Source: Alphaproteobacteria bacterium (GTDB lineage: Bacteria; Pseudomonadota; Alphaproteobacteria; Bin95). Taken from it: a DNA stretch of 64,000 nucleotides. The stretch is from NCBI GenBank assembly GCA_964291285.2, contig OZ219786.1, forward strand, positions 32,001 through 96,000, in the 5' to 3' direction. The position numbers were made by a program, and so were the translations under genes. Positions 30,241-39,892 of this stretch are shown piece by piece. Position 1 is the first letter of the stretch, and the number at the start of each line of letters is the position of its first letter. A model generated the notes under the pieces. It had not been told where the DNA came from and did not search any database. It worked only from the letters and a program-made list of their open reading frames with translations.

Positions 30241-31512
30241 ATGGACGGGCAGCAAGCCATCGGGAACCGGGTTGAGGCGGATGCGGGTTCGTCGGCCTAT
30301 GTGCCGCCGCTCCAGCTGACGGAGGGCCAGCCGCCGCCCGTCGCCGCGAATGGCGGCCTCTCCTACATGTCGTTCGACCGGGACGGCGACGCCGGAACCA
30401 CCGCGGCGCTGGAGGCGGCGCTCCAGCAGATCGCCGAAGGGCACAGCCAGGCGTTGATCGACCGGCTCGACAATGCGCCTCCGGGCCCGATCGAGACCAA
30501 GTGGGGGCCGGGCTTCCGCGAATATGAGGAATGCCTGGACTATATCCGCGCCAACGGTTTCGAAGTTCCCGAAGGCGGCGTGGCGTTGCCGTTGCGCTAC
30601 ACCGTTTACGAACACCCGTCCTATTCCATCGTGCCGTCCAACGCGCTCTGGCGGGACCCGGCGCGCAAGGCCGAGGCCGCCCTGTTGCGTAAGGCCGAAG
30701 ACGAGCTAAGGGACCGTAGCCTCTATTTCCCGCAGGTGTTGCGCGATGCGCGCCGGATCGGCGAGTACTATCCGGGCCTCGATGTCAGCAGCGCCGAAAG
30801 CATGGACAGGCTCGGCGTCTCGCTGGCGCACCTCGAATCCAAATGCACGAATTTCTACGACTCGGCCGAGGTAGAGCGCGTCTTCTACCCGGAGATCGAG
30901 AAGCTCCTGCTGGAGTTCTTCCCCGATGCGACCGACGCGCTGGTCTACAACCACGACGTGTTCGACAAGGACTACCAGGGCGACCGCACGGAAGACCAGG
31001 ACGCCAAGAACCCCGGCGTGAACGCGCGTTATGTCAACCTCGTGCACAACGACCTGAACGACAATAGCGGGCGGGTGCGCTGCCGCGAGCTTCTGACGAA
31101 GAACCTGCGCAACTTCGGGCGCACGCAGAACTACACGGAAGCGGAGGCCGACGCGAAGATGTCGCGGCGGTTCATGTCGATCAACCTGGCCAAGCCGATG
31201 GAGACGGTTGAGCAGTTCCCCTTCGTGCTCTGCGCCTGGCCGTCCTTCGCCGACCAGCCCTACATCAACAACTACCGCATCTATGACGACCGGGTCGGGG
31301 AGACGACGCGCTTCACCTACCGGCCGGACCATGACTGGTACTGGTTCCCGCGGCAGACGCCGACGGAAGTGTCGATGCTGAAATGCTACGACTCGGTCAC
31401 CGACGGCTCCGTATCGCGCTGGTCGTTCCACTCGGCCTGCCAGGACCCGACGGCGCCGGCCGACGCGCGTTGCCGCAAGAACGTGGTGGTCCGCTCCTAC
31501 GTCTTCTTCTAG
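30241..31512 (+). CDS. CmcJ/NvfI (AsaB-like) family oxidoreductase with an extra N-terminal region
   Basis: VHNDL, RFMSINLAKP, HDWYWFP, LKCYDS, FHSA..DP..P. Confidence 0.7.
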   Translation: MDGQQAIGNRVEADAGSSAYVPPLQLTEGQPPPVAANGGLSYMSFDRDGDAGTTAALEAALQQIAEGHSQALIDRLDNAPPGPIETKWGPGFREYEECLDYIRANGFEVPEGGVALPLRYTVYEHPSYSIVPSNALWRDPARKAEAALLRKAEDELRDRSLYFPQVLRDARRIGEYYPGLDVSSAESMDRLGVSLAHLESKCTNFYDSAEVERVFYPEIEKLLLEFFPDATDALVYNHDVFDKDYQGDRTEDQDAKNPGVNARYVNLVHNDLNDNSGRVRCRELLTKNLRNFGRTQNYTEAEADAKMSRRFMSINLAKPMETVEQFPFVLCAWPSFADQPYINNYRIYDDRVGETTRFTYRPDHDWYWFPRQTPTEVSMLKCYDSVTDGSVSRWSFHSACQDPTAPADARCRKNVVVRSYVFF

Positions 31513-31522
31513 AAGCAAGGCG

Positions 31523-31942
31523 CTAGAACGCGGCGCAGACGGTTTCGACGGCGCGCAGCACCGACTGCTGGTCGAAGGCGCGCTTGTAGGCTTCGGCGAT
31601 CTCCTCCGTGCGCCGCACCGCATCCGCGCCGGGTTCGGCCAGGACGATCAGCAGCTTGGCGCCCTCGCGGCCGATTGCGCCCGACCCGTCGCGCCATTGC
31701 CCGGCGCCGTCCAGAACGGTCAGGCCGTCCGGGAAGCGCGGCGTGACCTCGGCGGCGAGGAAATCGCTCCATTCCTCGTCGGATACCATCCCGCCTCCGG
31801 GCCGGCTGCGGCCGAAGAACATCCGGTATTCGCCATAGCGCTCGAAACCGGGCGGGCAGGGCTGCGTCTCAGCCTGCGAGGCCGCGACGGGCAGGAGCAG
31901 CAGGACGGTGAGTGCGAAGAAGATGCGCGTCGAAACGGTCAT
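31523..31942 (-). CDS. DUF3574 family exported protein
   Basis: Signal peptide; VTPRFPDGLTV..G.GQW, YK..F.QQSVL. Confidence 0.85.
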   Translation of the reverse strand: MTVSTRIFFALTVLLLLPVAASQAETQPCPPGFERYGEYRMFFGRSRPGGGMVSDEEWSDFLAAEVTPRFPDGLTVLDGAGQWRDGSGAIGREGAKLLIVLAEPGADAVRRTEEIAEAYKRAFDQQSVLRAVETVCAAF

Positions 31943-31983
31943 TGCCTCCTTCGAGCCGGTGTCTTCCGGTACGTCGGAAACGG

Positions 31984-32202
31984 TCAGGCGACGGCAGCTA
32001 CATCGACGACCGTCGCCGTGCAACGGGGCTCGGGGACGGGTTCACCATGTTTCCGAAGGCTCTGGATATGAAAGGAGATTGCCTCACGTATTTCCGCTAT
32101 TGCCTCTTGCCTGGTAGGCGCGGTTGCAACGCAGCCCGGCAAATCGGGAACATAAGCAGCGTAATTGGCCGGCGCTTTCTCGATCACGATGGTGTAGCGC
32201 AT
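31984..32202 (-). CDS. hicB: HicB family antitoxin (short form)
   Basis: YAAYVPDLPGC.A...T.EA..EIREAI..H. Confidence 0.88.
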   Translation of the reverse strand: MRYTIVIEKAPANYAAYVPDLPGCVATAPTRQEAIAEIREAISFHIQSLRKHGEPVPEPRCTATVVDVAAVA

Positions 32203-32210
32203 CCCGGTTC

Positions 32211-32402
32211 TCACTCCTTCGTGCCGGACCGCTTCAGGATACTGGCCCACGTCCCTGGCGGCAGGTCATCGCTGGGTTTTCCGGCCCCTGTCACGGTCCC
32301 CGGCTTTCGCGGATGTCGGTATTGGCGGTGACTGCCCCGAGTCCGAACCAGCCGCCAACCGTCTCGCTCTATCAGGCGTATTGTGTCCCGTACCTTGCGC
32401 AC
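32211..32402 (-). CDS. hicA: HicA family mRNA interferase toxin
   Basis: DGW.LVR.RGSH.QY.HP.KPG.VT, GT..SILK. Confidence 0.88.
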   Translation of the reverse strand: MRKVRDTIRLIERDGWRLVRTRGSHRQYRHPRKPGTVTGAGKPSDDLPPGTWASILKRSGTKE

Positions 32403-32419
32403 TCTACAGGTTCGTCATC

Positions 32420-33244
32420 CTAGCGCGGCCTTGCTCCCGAAGCGAGGACAGCGGGCAGGGAGAGGTCGAGGATGCCGTCCGCTCCGGCCATCGCGCGGGC
32501 TTCGGCCAGCACGGCGGCCTCGATGGCGGCGCGGGCCTCCGGGGTCTGCGCGTCCAGAAGCGCGCGGGAGCGCACCGTGGCGTGGCGCAGCCCCTCGACC
32601 AGCGCTTCGGGCGAAACGCGGCGGCGGATCGCGATTTCCTCCACCCTTGTCTCCCGGAAGCCCGCCGCCTCCAGAACACGCGCGCATTCCCCGGGGTCGG
32701 CGAAGCGGAACATCTCCGGCCCCTCGGGAATGCCGCCCGCATGGGGGTCGCCGTGGGCCGCGACCGCGCGGCGGAACATGCCGAAATGCGCCACCCTGTC
32801 CGCCGTGCACCAGGCAGAAAACGCATAGCGTCCGCCCGGCCGCAACACCCGGAACGCCTCCGCGACCGCGCGCTCCGGCCTGGCGAAATGCAGCATGCCG
32901 AAGGAGCAGGTGACGGCGTCGAAGCTTCCCTCGTCGAACGGCAGCGCCTCGGCGTCGCCCTCGCGGAACTCGGCCTCGGGGAAGCTGCGCCGCGCTTCCT
33001 CCACCATGGCGGCGGCGAAATCCACGCCGGTCGCCTGCGCGCCGCGCCCGGCGGCCAGCGCCGCGCCGTAACCGGGCCCCGTCGCCACATCCAGCACGTC
33101 CATGCCGGTCCCCACACTGGCGGCGTCGAGCACCGGTCCGAGGCCAAGACGGGTCGAGTCCCAAGAGACGGCCCGGTAGCCGGCGGCCTGCCGGTTCCAG
33201 CCCTTGCGCTCGAACGCCTTGAAGTCGTCCGCATCGAAGCTCAT
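32420..33244 (-). CDS. Class I SAM-dependent methyltransferase
   Basis: VLDVATGPG, GDAEALPF, SFDAV, RVLRPGG. Confidence 0.88.
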   Translation of the reverse strand: MSFDADDFKAFERKGWNRQAAGYRAVSWDSTRLGLGPVLDAASVGTGMDVLDVATGPGYGAALAAGRGAQATGVDFAAAMVEEARRSFPEAEFREGDAEALPFDEGSFDAVTCSFGMLHFARPERAVAEAFRVLRPGGRYAFSAWCTADRVAHFGMFRRAVAAHGDPHAGGIPEGPEMFRFADPGECARVLEAAGFRETRVEEIAIRRRVSPEALVEGLRHATVRSRALLDAQTPEARAAIEAAVLAEARAMAGADGILDLSLPAVLASGARPR

Positions 33245-34296
33245 GCCGCCGCCTCGGCGAGGATATGCGCAGCTTCCTCGCAATCCGTGCGGCCCACGTC
33301 CAGATGAGTCACGGCGCGCATCCGCGTCGGCCCCATTGCGCCGATACGCAGGCCTGCCGCGCTGGCGCGCTCGGCAATGTCAGGGGCGCTTCGCCCTGTG
33401 CTGCCTACGTCGAAGAACAGGATGTTGGTCTCGCAGGGCTCGACCGAGATGCCGTCTATCCGAGCAAGCGCACCGGCCAGCAGGGAGGCATTGGCGTGGT
33501 CGTCTGTCAGCCGGTCCCAGTGCCGGTCGAGAGCATGCAGGCCGGCAGCGGCGACGATGCCGGCCTGCCGCATGGCGCCGCCCATGCGCTGCTTCCAGCG
33601 CCAGACCTCGTCGATGAAGGCGGTCGAGCCGGCGAGCACCGCACCCACAGGGCAGCCGAGCCCCTTGCTGAGGTCGATCCATGCGCTGTCGAAGCAGGCG
33701 GCATAGTCGGCAGCAGCAGTACCGGAGGCCACGACCGCATTCGGCAGCCGCGCGCCGTCCAGATGGGTCGCAAGGCCGTGCGCGCGGGCGATATTCGTCA
33801 CCGCCTGCACGGCCTCGAGCGGCCAGACGGAGCCGCCGCCCATATTGGCGGTATTCTCGACTTCCAGCAGCGCGGAGCGGGGTGCATAGCGGTGCTCCGG
33901 GCGGATGGCGGCTTCGGCCTGCTCCGCCGTGTACATGCCACGCTCGCCCGCAATCGGGGCGATCTGCACGCCGGAGAGCGCGGCCGGACCGCCGCCCTCG
34001 AAGTTCAGTATGTGGCACGACGCCTCGGCGATCACCTCGTCACCAGGCCGGCAATGGACCCGGATGGAAATCTCGTTGCACATCGTGCCCGAGGGCAGGA
34101 AGACCGCGGCTTCCTTGCCGAGCAGCGCCGCCACCCGTTCGCAAAGCGCATTGACGCTCGGGTCGGCGAAGGACTGCTCGTCTCCGACTGGGGCCTCGGC
34201 CATTGCCTGGCGCATTTCGGGCGTCGGCAGGGTCTGGGTGTCGCTGTAGAGGTTGATGCGCGGCGCATTGGCGCCTCGCCGCGTCGCTAAAGCCAT
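33241..34296 (-). CDS. ltaE: Low-specificity L-threonine aldolase
   Basis: SDTQT.PT, PSGTM.N, HLDGAR, SKGLG.PVG, GG.MRQAG. Confidence 0.9.
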   Translation of the reverse strand: MALATRRGANAPRINLYSDTQTLPTPEMRQAMAEAPVGDEQSFADPSVNALCERVAALLGKEAAVFLPSGTMCNEISIRVHCRPGDEVIAEASCHILNFEGGGPAALSGVQIAPIAGERGMYTAEQAEAAIRPEHRYAPRSALLEVENTANMGGGSVWPLEAVQAVTNIARAHGLATHLDGARLPNAVVASGTAAADYAACFDSAWIDLSKGLGCPVGAVLAGSTAFIDEVWRWKQRMGGAMRQAGIVAAAGLHALDRHWDRLTDDHANASLLAGALARIDGISVEPCETNILFFDVGSTGRSAPDIAERASAAGLRIGAMGPTRMRAVTHLDVGRTDCEEAAHILAEAAA

Positions 34297-34352
34297 GATC
34301 TCGCTCGCGGGTTCGGGATTGGTATGGATCGATCGGTATCCTCGCGCCCCGG

Positions 34353-36080
34353 TCACGCGCCAATCGCATAGGCCATGCGGCGGGGGTCGGCGCCGCCGGT
34401 CATCACGCCGCGTTCGCTGTCGGCGTCGATCATGCACACGGAGCCTGCGAGCCAGATGCGCTCCGGCCACCGTTCGATCTCGTGGCCGCGCCGCGCAAGC
34501 TCGCCGCCAACCTCGTCCGCGATGGCGCTTTCCAGCTTGAGCAGGCCCGGATAGTAGGCGTGCGGCTCGAAGGAGGAGGGGAAGCTGTAGCTGGCATGGC
34601 GGGGCGCGGAGACGGCCTCCTGGGCGGACATGCCGTGGACTGTGAGGTTCATCAGGCATTGCGACATGGCCTGGGTCTGGACATCGCCGCCGGGCGTGCC
34701 GAAGGGCACGAAGCGCTTGCCGCCGTCCAGCACGGCCAGCCCGGGGTTGGGGGTCAGGCGAGGGCGCTTGCCGGGGGCGAGGGCCGAGGCATGGTCGGGG
34801 TCGGTCCAGGACTGGCAGCCGCGCGAGGAGATAGCGAGGCCGACGCCGGGGGCGACCGTGCCACCATAGGAGCCGTCCGACGGCGTGGCGGAGAAGACGT
34901 TTCCGTCCTCGTCCACGACGCAGACATAGGAGGTGTCGAGCGGCGCAACCTCCGGCTCCCGTGTCGGCACGGGCGCTGCGGGGACCGCGCGGCGCGATCC
35001 GGCCGCGCCCGGCGGCGGCATTTCCGGCATCGCGCGGGCCATGTCGATCTCCGCCCGGCGGACGGCGGCGTAATCCTCCGACGCGAGCGCGTCGATCGGC
35101 ACGTCCACGAAGCGCGGGTCGCCGAGCCAGGCGTCGCGGTCGGCCATGGCAAGCTTGACCGCCTCGACGGAGACATGCACCGCGTCGGCGCTGTTGTGGC
35201 CGAGCGCACGCAGGTCGTAGCCGCCGAGGATGTTCAGCACCTCGATCAGCGCCGGCCCCTGGCACCAGGGGCCGCAGGCATAGACGTCCGCATTGCCGAA
35301 CCGGCCGCGCACGGGCTCCTCGATGCCGACGCAGAAGGAGGCGAGGTCCTCAAGCGTCATCCAGCCGCCCTCGGCCGCCTGCCAGTCCGCGATGCGCTTC
35401 GCGATGTCGCCCTTGTAGAAGGCATCGCGGGCGGCCGCGAGCCCGGCCTTGCGCCCGCCCTTGCGCGCGGCGGCGGCCTCCTCGTCGGCCATGTATTGCA
35501 GCGCGGCCGCTCCTTCCTTCTGGAAGAACAGCTCGCCCGTCCGGGGCGGCCGCCCGCCCGGCAGGAAGATCGCCGCCGTGTGCGGCGCGGCGCGGAACTC
35601 GGCCTCGTGCTCCGAAATGATCCGCTCCATCAGCGGATACATCGGGAAGCCGTCGCGGGCGTAGCGGATCGCTGCCCGCGCGACCTCGCCGAAGCTCATC
35701 CGGCCCCAGAGCTCCAGCGCCGTGATCCAGGCGTCCGGGGCGGCGGGTACGACCGTCCGCAGCACGCCGTTCGGGATCGCCCCGCCATATTCGCGCCGGA
35801 AATGCCCGATGTCAGCCGCCTTCGGCCACCAGCCGAGACCGGAGATCGTGACCACCTTCTGCGCCTCGGCGCTGTAGACCATGATCGGCGCGACGCCGGC
35901 GACGCTCACCAGGTCGCTCTCCAGGATGCCGAGCGCCAGCCCGCCGGCCACGCCCGCGTCGATGGCATTGCCGCCCGCTTCCAGCACAGAGAACGCCGCG
36001 CTTGCCGCAAGCTGGTGTCCGGCCACCGCCATATGCCGGGTTGCGACTGTTTCGGCCCGTTCGCTCGCCATCGCTGCCAT
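34353..36080 (-). CDS. ggt: Gamma-glutamyltransferase family protein
   Basis: GGNAIDAGVA, DTSYVCVVD (Thr nucleophile), PGKRP, GTPGG, GADPR. Confidence 0.9.
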   Translation of the reverse strand: MAAMASERAETVATRHMAVAGHQLAASAAFSVLEAGGNAIDAGVAGGLALGILESDLVSVAGVAPIMVYSAEAQKVVTISGLGWWPKAADIGHFRREYGGAIPNGVLRTVVPAAPDAWITALELWGRMSFGEVARAAIRYARDGFPMYPLMERIISEHEAEFRAAPHTAAIFLPGGRPPRTGELFFQKEGAAALQYMADEEAAAARKGGRKAGLAAARDAFYKGDIAKRIADWQAAEGGWMTLEDLASFCVGIEEPVRGRFGNADVYACGPWCQGPALIEVLNILGGYDLRALGHNSADAVHVSVEAVKLAMADRDAWLGDPRFVDVPIDALASEDYAAVRRAEIDMARAMPEMPPPGAAGSRRAVPAAPVPTREPEVAPLDTSYVCVVDEDGNVFSATPSDGSYGGTVAPGVGLAISSRGCQSWTDPDHASALAPGKRPRLTPNPGLAVLDGGKRFVPFGTPGGDVQTQAMSQCLMNLTVHGMSAQEAVSAPRHASYSFPSSFEPHAYYPGLLKLESAIADEVGGELARRGHEIERWPERIWLAGSVCMIDADSERGVMTGGADPRRMAYAIGA

Positions 36081-36164
36081 GCTCCCCTGTCGTCCTGCCT
36101 TGCCATCCGGGCGGCTCTTAATGCCATGATGCGCGAGGGCGGTCAGGAAAGCGAGAGACGCGGC

Positions 36165-37316
36165 ATGCACATCCATTTCAGCGAGGAGGAATTCGCCGCG
36201 CGCCGGCGCGCGGCGGCCGAGGCGGCGGCGGCGGCCGGGTTCGACGGACTGCTCATCTTCAAGCAGGAGAGCATGTTCTACCTCACCGGCTACGACACGT
36301 TCGGCTTCTGCTTCTTCCAGTGCCTCCTGCTGGACGCCGATGGGCGGATGGCGCTGCTGACCCGCGCGCCCGACCGCCGCCAGGCGGAGTTCACCTCGGT
36401 TCTCGACGACATCCGCGTATGGGAGGACGCGGCCGATGCGCGGCCCGAGGACGACCTGAAGGCGATGCTGGCCGAGTTCGGCCTCAAAGGGCGGCGACTC
36501 GGGGTGGAGTGGCAGTCCTACGGTCTTCCCGCGGCGATGGGCTTCCGGCTCCGCGATGCGCTGGAAGGGTTCGTCGATCTGGGCGACGCTTCCGGGCTGG
36601 TGGACGGACTGCGGGTCATCAAGAGCCCGGCGGAGCTCGCTTATGTGCGCAAGGCGGGGGAGCTGGCTGACCGCGCCTGGGACGAGGCTGTACGGCTGGC
36701 GAGGCCGGGCGCCTTCGAAGGAGACATTCTGGCGGCGATGCAGGGCACGGTCTGGCAGGCCGGCGGCGACGACCCGGCCAACGAGTTCATCGTCGGCTCC
36801 GGCCCCGGCGCGCTCATGTGCCGCTACTACAGCGGCAGGCGGCACCTGGATGCGGACGACCAGCTGACGCTGGAATTCGCCGGCACCTGGCGGCACTACC
36901 ATGCCTGCCTGATGCGCACGATCCGCATCGGCCCGCCGCCGGCCCGCCAGCGTTTCCTGCACGACGCGGCGGTCGAGGCGCTGGCCGCCTGCCGGGAGGC
37001 GCTGAGGCCCGGCCGGCCGGTGGGCGAGGTGTTCGACGCCCATGCCCGCGTGCTGGATACACGCGGCCTTGCCGAACATCGCATGAATGCCTGCGGCTAT
37101 TCGCTGGGAGCTACATTCGCGCCGGTGTGGATGGACAGCCCGATGTTCTATCGCGGCAATCCGACACTCGCCGTGCCTGGTATGGTGTTCTTCATCCACA
37201 TCATCATTTTCGACAGTGATTCCGGTCTTGCCGCGACCACCGGCACTACGACCGTTGTCACCGAAACGGGTAACGATCCGGTGACCCACGCTTCCACTGA
37301 ACTCGTCGTCAACTAG
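36165..37316 (+). CDS. Xaa-Pro peptidase (M24) family protein, creatinase/ectoine-hydrolase-like
   Basis: SMFYLTGYD, RVIKS.AE, YHA.LMRT, GYSLG. Confidence 0.85.
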   Translation: MHIHFSEEEFAARRRAAAEAAAAAGFDGLLIFKQESMFYLTGYDTFGFCFFQCLLLDADGRMALLTRAPDRRQAEFTSVLDDIRVWEDAADARPEDDLKAMLAEFGLKGRRLGVEWQSYGLPAAMGFRLRDALEGFVDLGDASGLVDGLRVIKSPAELAYVRKAGELADRAWDEAVRLARPGAFEGDILAAMQGTVWQAGGDDPANEFIVGSGPGALMCRYYSGRRHLDADDQLTLEFAGTWRHYHACLMRTIRIGPPPARQRFLHDAAVEALAACREALRPGRPVGEVFDAHARVLDTRGLAEHRMNACGYSLGATFAPVWMDSPMFYRGNPTLAVPGMVFFIHIIIFDSDSGLAATTGTTTVVTETGNDPVTHASTELVVN

Positions 37317-37341
37317 CAACCGACGGGGAGCGGCTTTGCCG

Positions 37342-38487
37342 ATGGATTTCCTGACGCCCGAACAGGAGATGTGGCGCGAGACCGTCTTCCGCTTCATGGA
37401 GGAGGAAATCGGCCGCGACTATGTCCGCGAGAAGGACCGCAATCGCGAATACCCCTATGAGGGCTACGCGAAGGTCGTCTCCCAGGGCTGGATCGGCCTG
37501 CTGGTGCCCGAGGAGCGGGGCGGGCAGGGCGGCGACATCTTCTCCTACGCGCTGATGTGCGAGGGGCTGGCGCGTTACGGGCCGGACTTCGCCACCGCGC
37601 TGATGGTGCCGATGTTCACCGCGCAGAACATCGTCCATCACGGCAGCCGGGAGCAGGCCGCGCACTATATCGAGCCGTTCCTGACGGGCGAGATGCGCTT
37701 CGTCATCTCGCTGTCGGAGCCGCAGGCGGGTTCGGACGCCGCCAATGCCCGCACCCGCGCCCGGCGGGACGGAAACGAATGGGTGGTGAACGGGCAGAAG
37801 CTCTGGAATTCGGGCGGCGGCGCGAAGGGCGCCGTGCTGTGCGCTCTGGTGCGCACCGAAGCGGACTCCGCGAAGCATGACGGGCTTTCGGTGCTGCTGA
37901 TCCCGAACGATGCGCCGGGCGTAACCGTCCACAAGGTCGAGGCGCTCGCGCGGCGGGCTACGGGCTCCAACACGATCTTCTTCGACGATGTGCGCCTGCC
38001 CGGCCATGCCCTGCTCGGCGCGGAAGGGCAGGGCTGGCAGATCATGACAGAGCATCTGGAACTGGAGCGCATTTCGATCGCGGCCGGCTATGTCGGCTGC
38101 GCGCAGCAGGCCGTGGACGATGCCTGCGACTACGCCCGCGCGCGGGAACAATTCGGGCAGCCGATCTTCGATTTCCAGGTCATCCGGCATATGCTGGCCG
38201 ACATGCAGACCCGGGTGGACGCCGCGCGATTGCTGACCTACCGCGCCGCTGCGGCGGCGAACGGCGGCGAGCCGTGTCCGAAGGAAGCCGCGATGGCGAA
38301 GCTGTTCGCGTCCGAGACCCTGCAGGAGGTTTCGCGCCAGGGCGTGCAGATCATGGGCGGTATCGGCACTACGCCGGAGGCCGACATGGAGCGCTATTTC
38401 CGGGAGGGCATGCAGGCCACCATCGGCGGCGGCACCAGCCAGATCCAGCGCACCATCATCGCGAGGCATATGCGCCATGGCCGCTAG
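37342..38487 (+). CDS. Acyl-CoA dehydrogenase
   Basis: SEPQAGSD, NGQKLW, REQFG.PI, IGGGTSQIQR. Confidence 0.92.
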   Translation: MDFLTPEQEMWRETVFRFMEEEIGRDYVREKDRNREYPYEGYAKVVSQGWIGLLVPEERGGQGGDIFSYALMCEGLARYGPDFATALMVPMFTAQNIVHHGSREQAAHYIEPFLTGEMRFVISLSEPQAGSDAANARTRARRDGNEWVVNGQKLWNSGGGAKGAVLCALVRTEADSAKHDGLSVLLIPNDAPGVTVHKVEALARRATGSNTIFFDDVRLPGHALLGAEGQGWQIMTEHLELERISIAAGYVGCAQQAVDDACDYARAREQFGQPIFDFQVIRHMLADMQTRVDAARLLTYRAAAAANGGEPCPKEAAMAKLFASETLQEVSRQGVQIMGGIGTTPEADMERYFREGMQATIGGGTSQIQRTIIARHMRHGR

Positions 38488-39013
38488 AACCGGACTCGCG
38501 CTTTTCCTCCTGTTGTCGGCGGGGCCGGCGCTGGCGGCGGACTCGTGGGACAGGATGCTCTGCATGGCGGGCGGCGGCGCGCCGTCGGCGAATGTGCTCC
38601 ACTGCACGCGCGCGCTGGAGGGCGGCCTGTTCGAGACCCCGGAAGAGCGGGCAAGGGGCCTCTTCAAGCGCGGCACGGCGCAGATCGAGACCGGCGCTTA
38701 CAGGGCGGCGGTCGCTGATTTCGACGAGGCGATCGGCCTGCGTCCGGAATACGGAGAGGCCTTCCATAATCGCGGCGTCGCCAAGTGGCGTATGGGCAAG
38801 CTGGAAGCTGCGCTCGCCGATTTCGACGAAAGCGTCGCGCTCGGGCAGGTCGAGCTCTGGCGCGCCTACAAGGTGCGCGGCGACCTCAAGGCTGAAATGG
38901 GGCAGCTGGATGAGGCTCTCGCCGACTATGAGCGCTCGCTCGCCATCCGTCCCGACTGGGACTACGCAAGGAAGGCGCTAAGGCGCGTGATGGTGAGGAA
39001 GCAGGGGAACTGA
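38477..39013 (+). CDS. Secreted TPR-repeat protein
   Basis: Signal peptide plus about 3 TPR repeats (AFHNRG..., ALADY..S). Confidence 0.8.
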   Translation: MAARTGLALFLLLSAGPALAADSWDRMLCMAGGGAPSANVLHCTRALEGGLFETPEERARGLFKRGTAQIETGAYRAAVADFDEAIGLRPEYGEAFHNRGVAKWRMGKLEAALADFDESVALGQVELWRAYKVRGDLKAEMGQLDEALADYERSLAIRPDWDYARKALRRVMVRKQGN

Positions 39014-39029
39014 GCGCCTGACGGTGGCT

Positions 39030-39596
39030 TCACCGGTTTGCGCCGGGCACCCAGAGAACATCGGCGGCGCCCTCGTCGTTGGCCAGACGGGCAGCAACGA
39101 AAAGATGGTCCGAGAGGCGGTTTATGTAGTGCCGTGCGGCCTCGCCAACAGGTTCCTCGCGGGCAAGCGCCGTCATCGCACGTTCCGCCCGGCGGGCCGT
39201 GGTGCGCGCGAGGTGAAGCGCCGCCGCCGCCGGCGAACCGCCCGGCAGTACGAAGGAGTTGAGCGGCGCGAGCGCAGCGTTCATCGCGTCGATCTCGGCC
39301 TCCAGCCGTTGGACCTGTTCCGGCGCGACGCGCAAGGCCCCCCCGGAGCGCCGTTCGCCGCCTTCCGGCGTGCAGAGGTCGGCGCCCAGGTCGAACAGGT
39401 CGTTCTGGATGCGCGCCAGCATCTCGTCCATCCTGCCGGATGTATGCAGGCGGGCGAGGCCGATGCAGGCATTGGTCTCGTCCACCGCACCGAACGCCTC
39501 GACGCGGATGCTGTCCTTGGCGACGCGCGCGCCGTTGCCGAGCGAAGTTTCGCCTTTGTCTCCGCCCCTCGTGTAGATCCTGGTGAGCCGGACCAT
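39030..39596 (-). CDS. pduO: ATP:cob(I)alamin adenosyltransferase (PduO type)
   Basis: IYTRGGDKGETSL, GAVDETN, RRAER, NRLSD. Confidence 0.92.
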   Translation of the reverse strand: MVRLTRIYTRGGDKGETSLGNGARVAKDSIRVEAFGAVDETNACIGLARLHTSGRMDEMLARIQNDLFDLGADLCTPEGGERRSGGALRVAPEQVQRLEAEIDAMNAALAPLNSFVLPGGSPAAAALHLARTTARRAERAMTALAREEPVGEAARHYINRLSDHLFVAARLANDEGAADVLWVPGANR

Positions 39597-39781
39597 CAGG
39601 AGCCGGCCAGCAGCGCCGCCGCGGCGATCAGAACGATGGCAAGGAATTGCAGGCCGACACGAAGTTGCATCAGCTTGTTGCCGTATTTCCGGTTGAAGCT
39701 GCCGCCCCGCATCATCCCGAAAATCCCGATGAACAGGACGAGCGCCACGGCGGCGAGGAAAATCGGGATCAGGAAGGACAT
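39596..39781 (-). CDS. HIG1-like twin-transmembrane small protein
   Basis: Two TM helices with NKLMQLRV..Q; conserved position upstream of pduO. Confidence 0.85.
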   Translation of the reverse strand: MSFLIPIFLAAVALVLFIGIFGMMRGGSFNRKYGNKLMQLRVGLQFLAIVLIAAAALLAGS

Positions 39782-39892
39782 ACAGCCCGGACCTTTCGAC
39801 ACGCTGCCGATATCGCACAATGCCGGAGACGCTCAAGCGTTTCCACTCGATTCGCGCCGCCGATCCAGGCCGCAGGCTTCGTCCGGCTTGCA

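Noticed and set aside
33241-37397. Apparent giant fusions (674, 1014 and 944 aa ORFs)
   Set aside because: Upstream extensions overlap other real genes; the true starts are 34296, 36080 and 36165.
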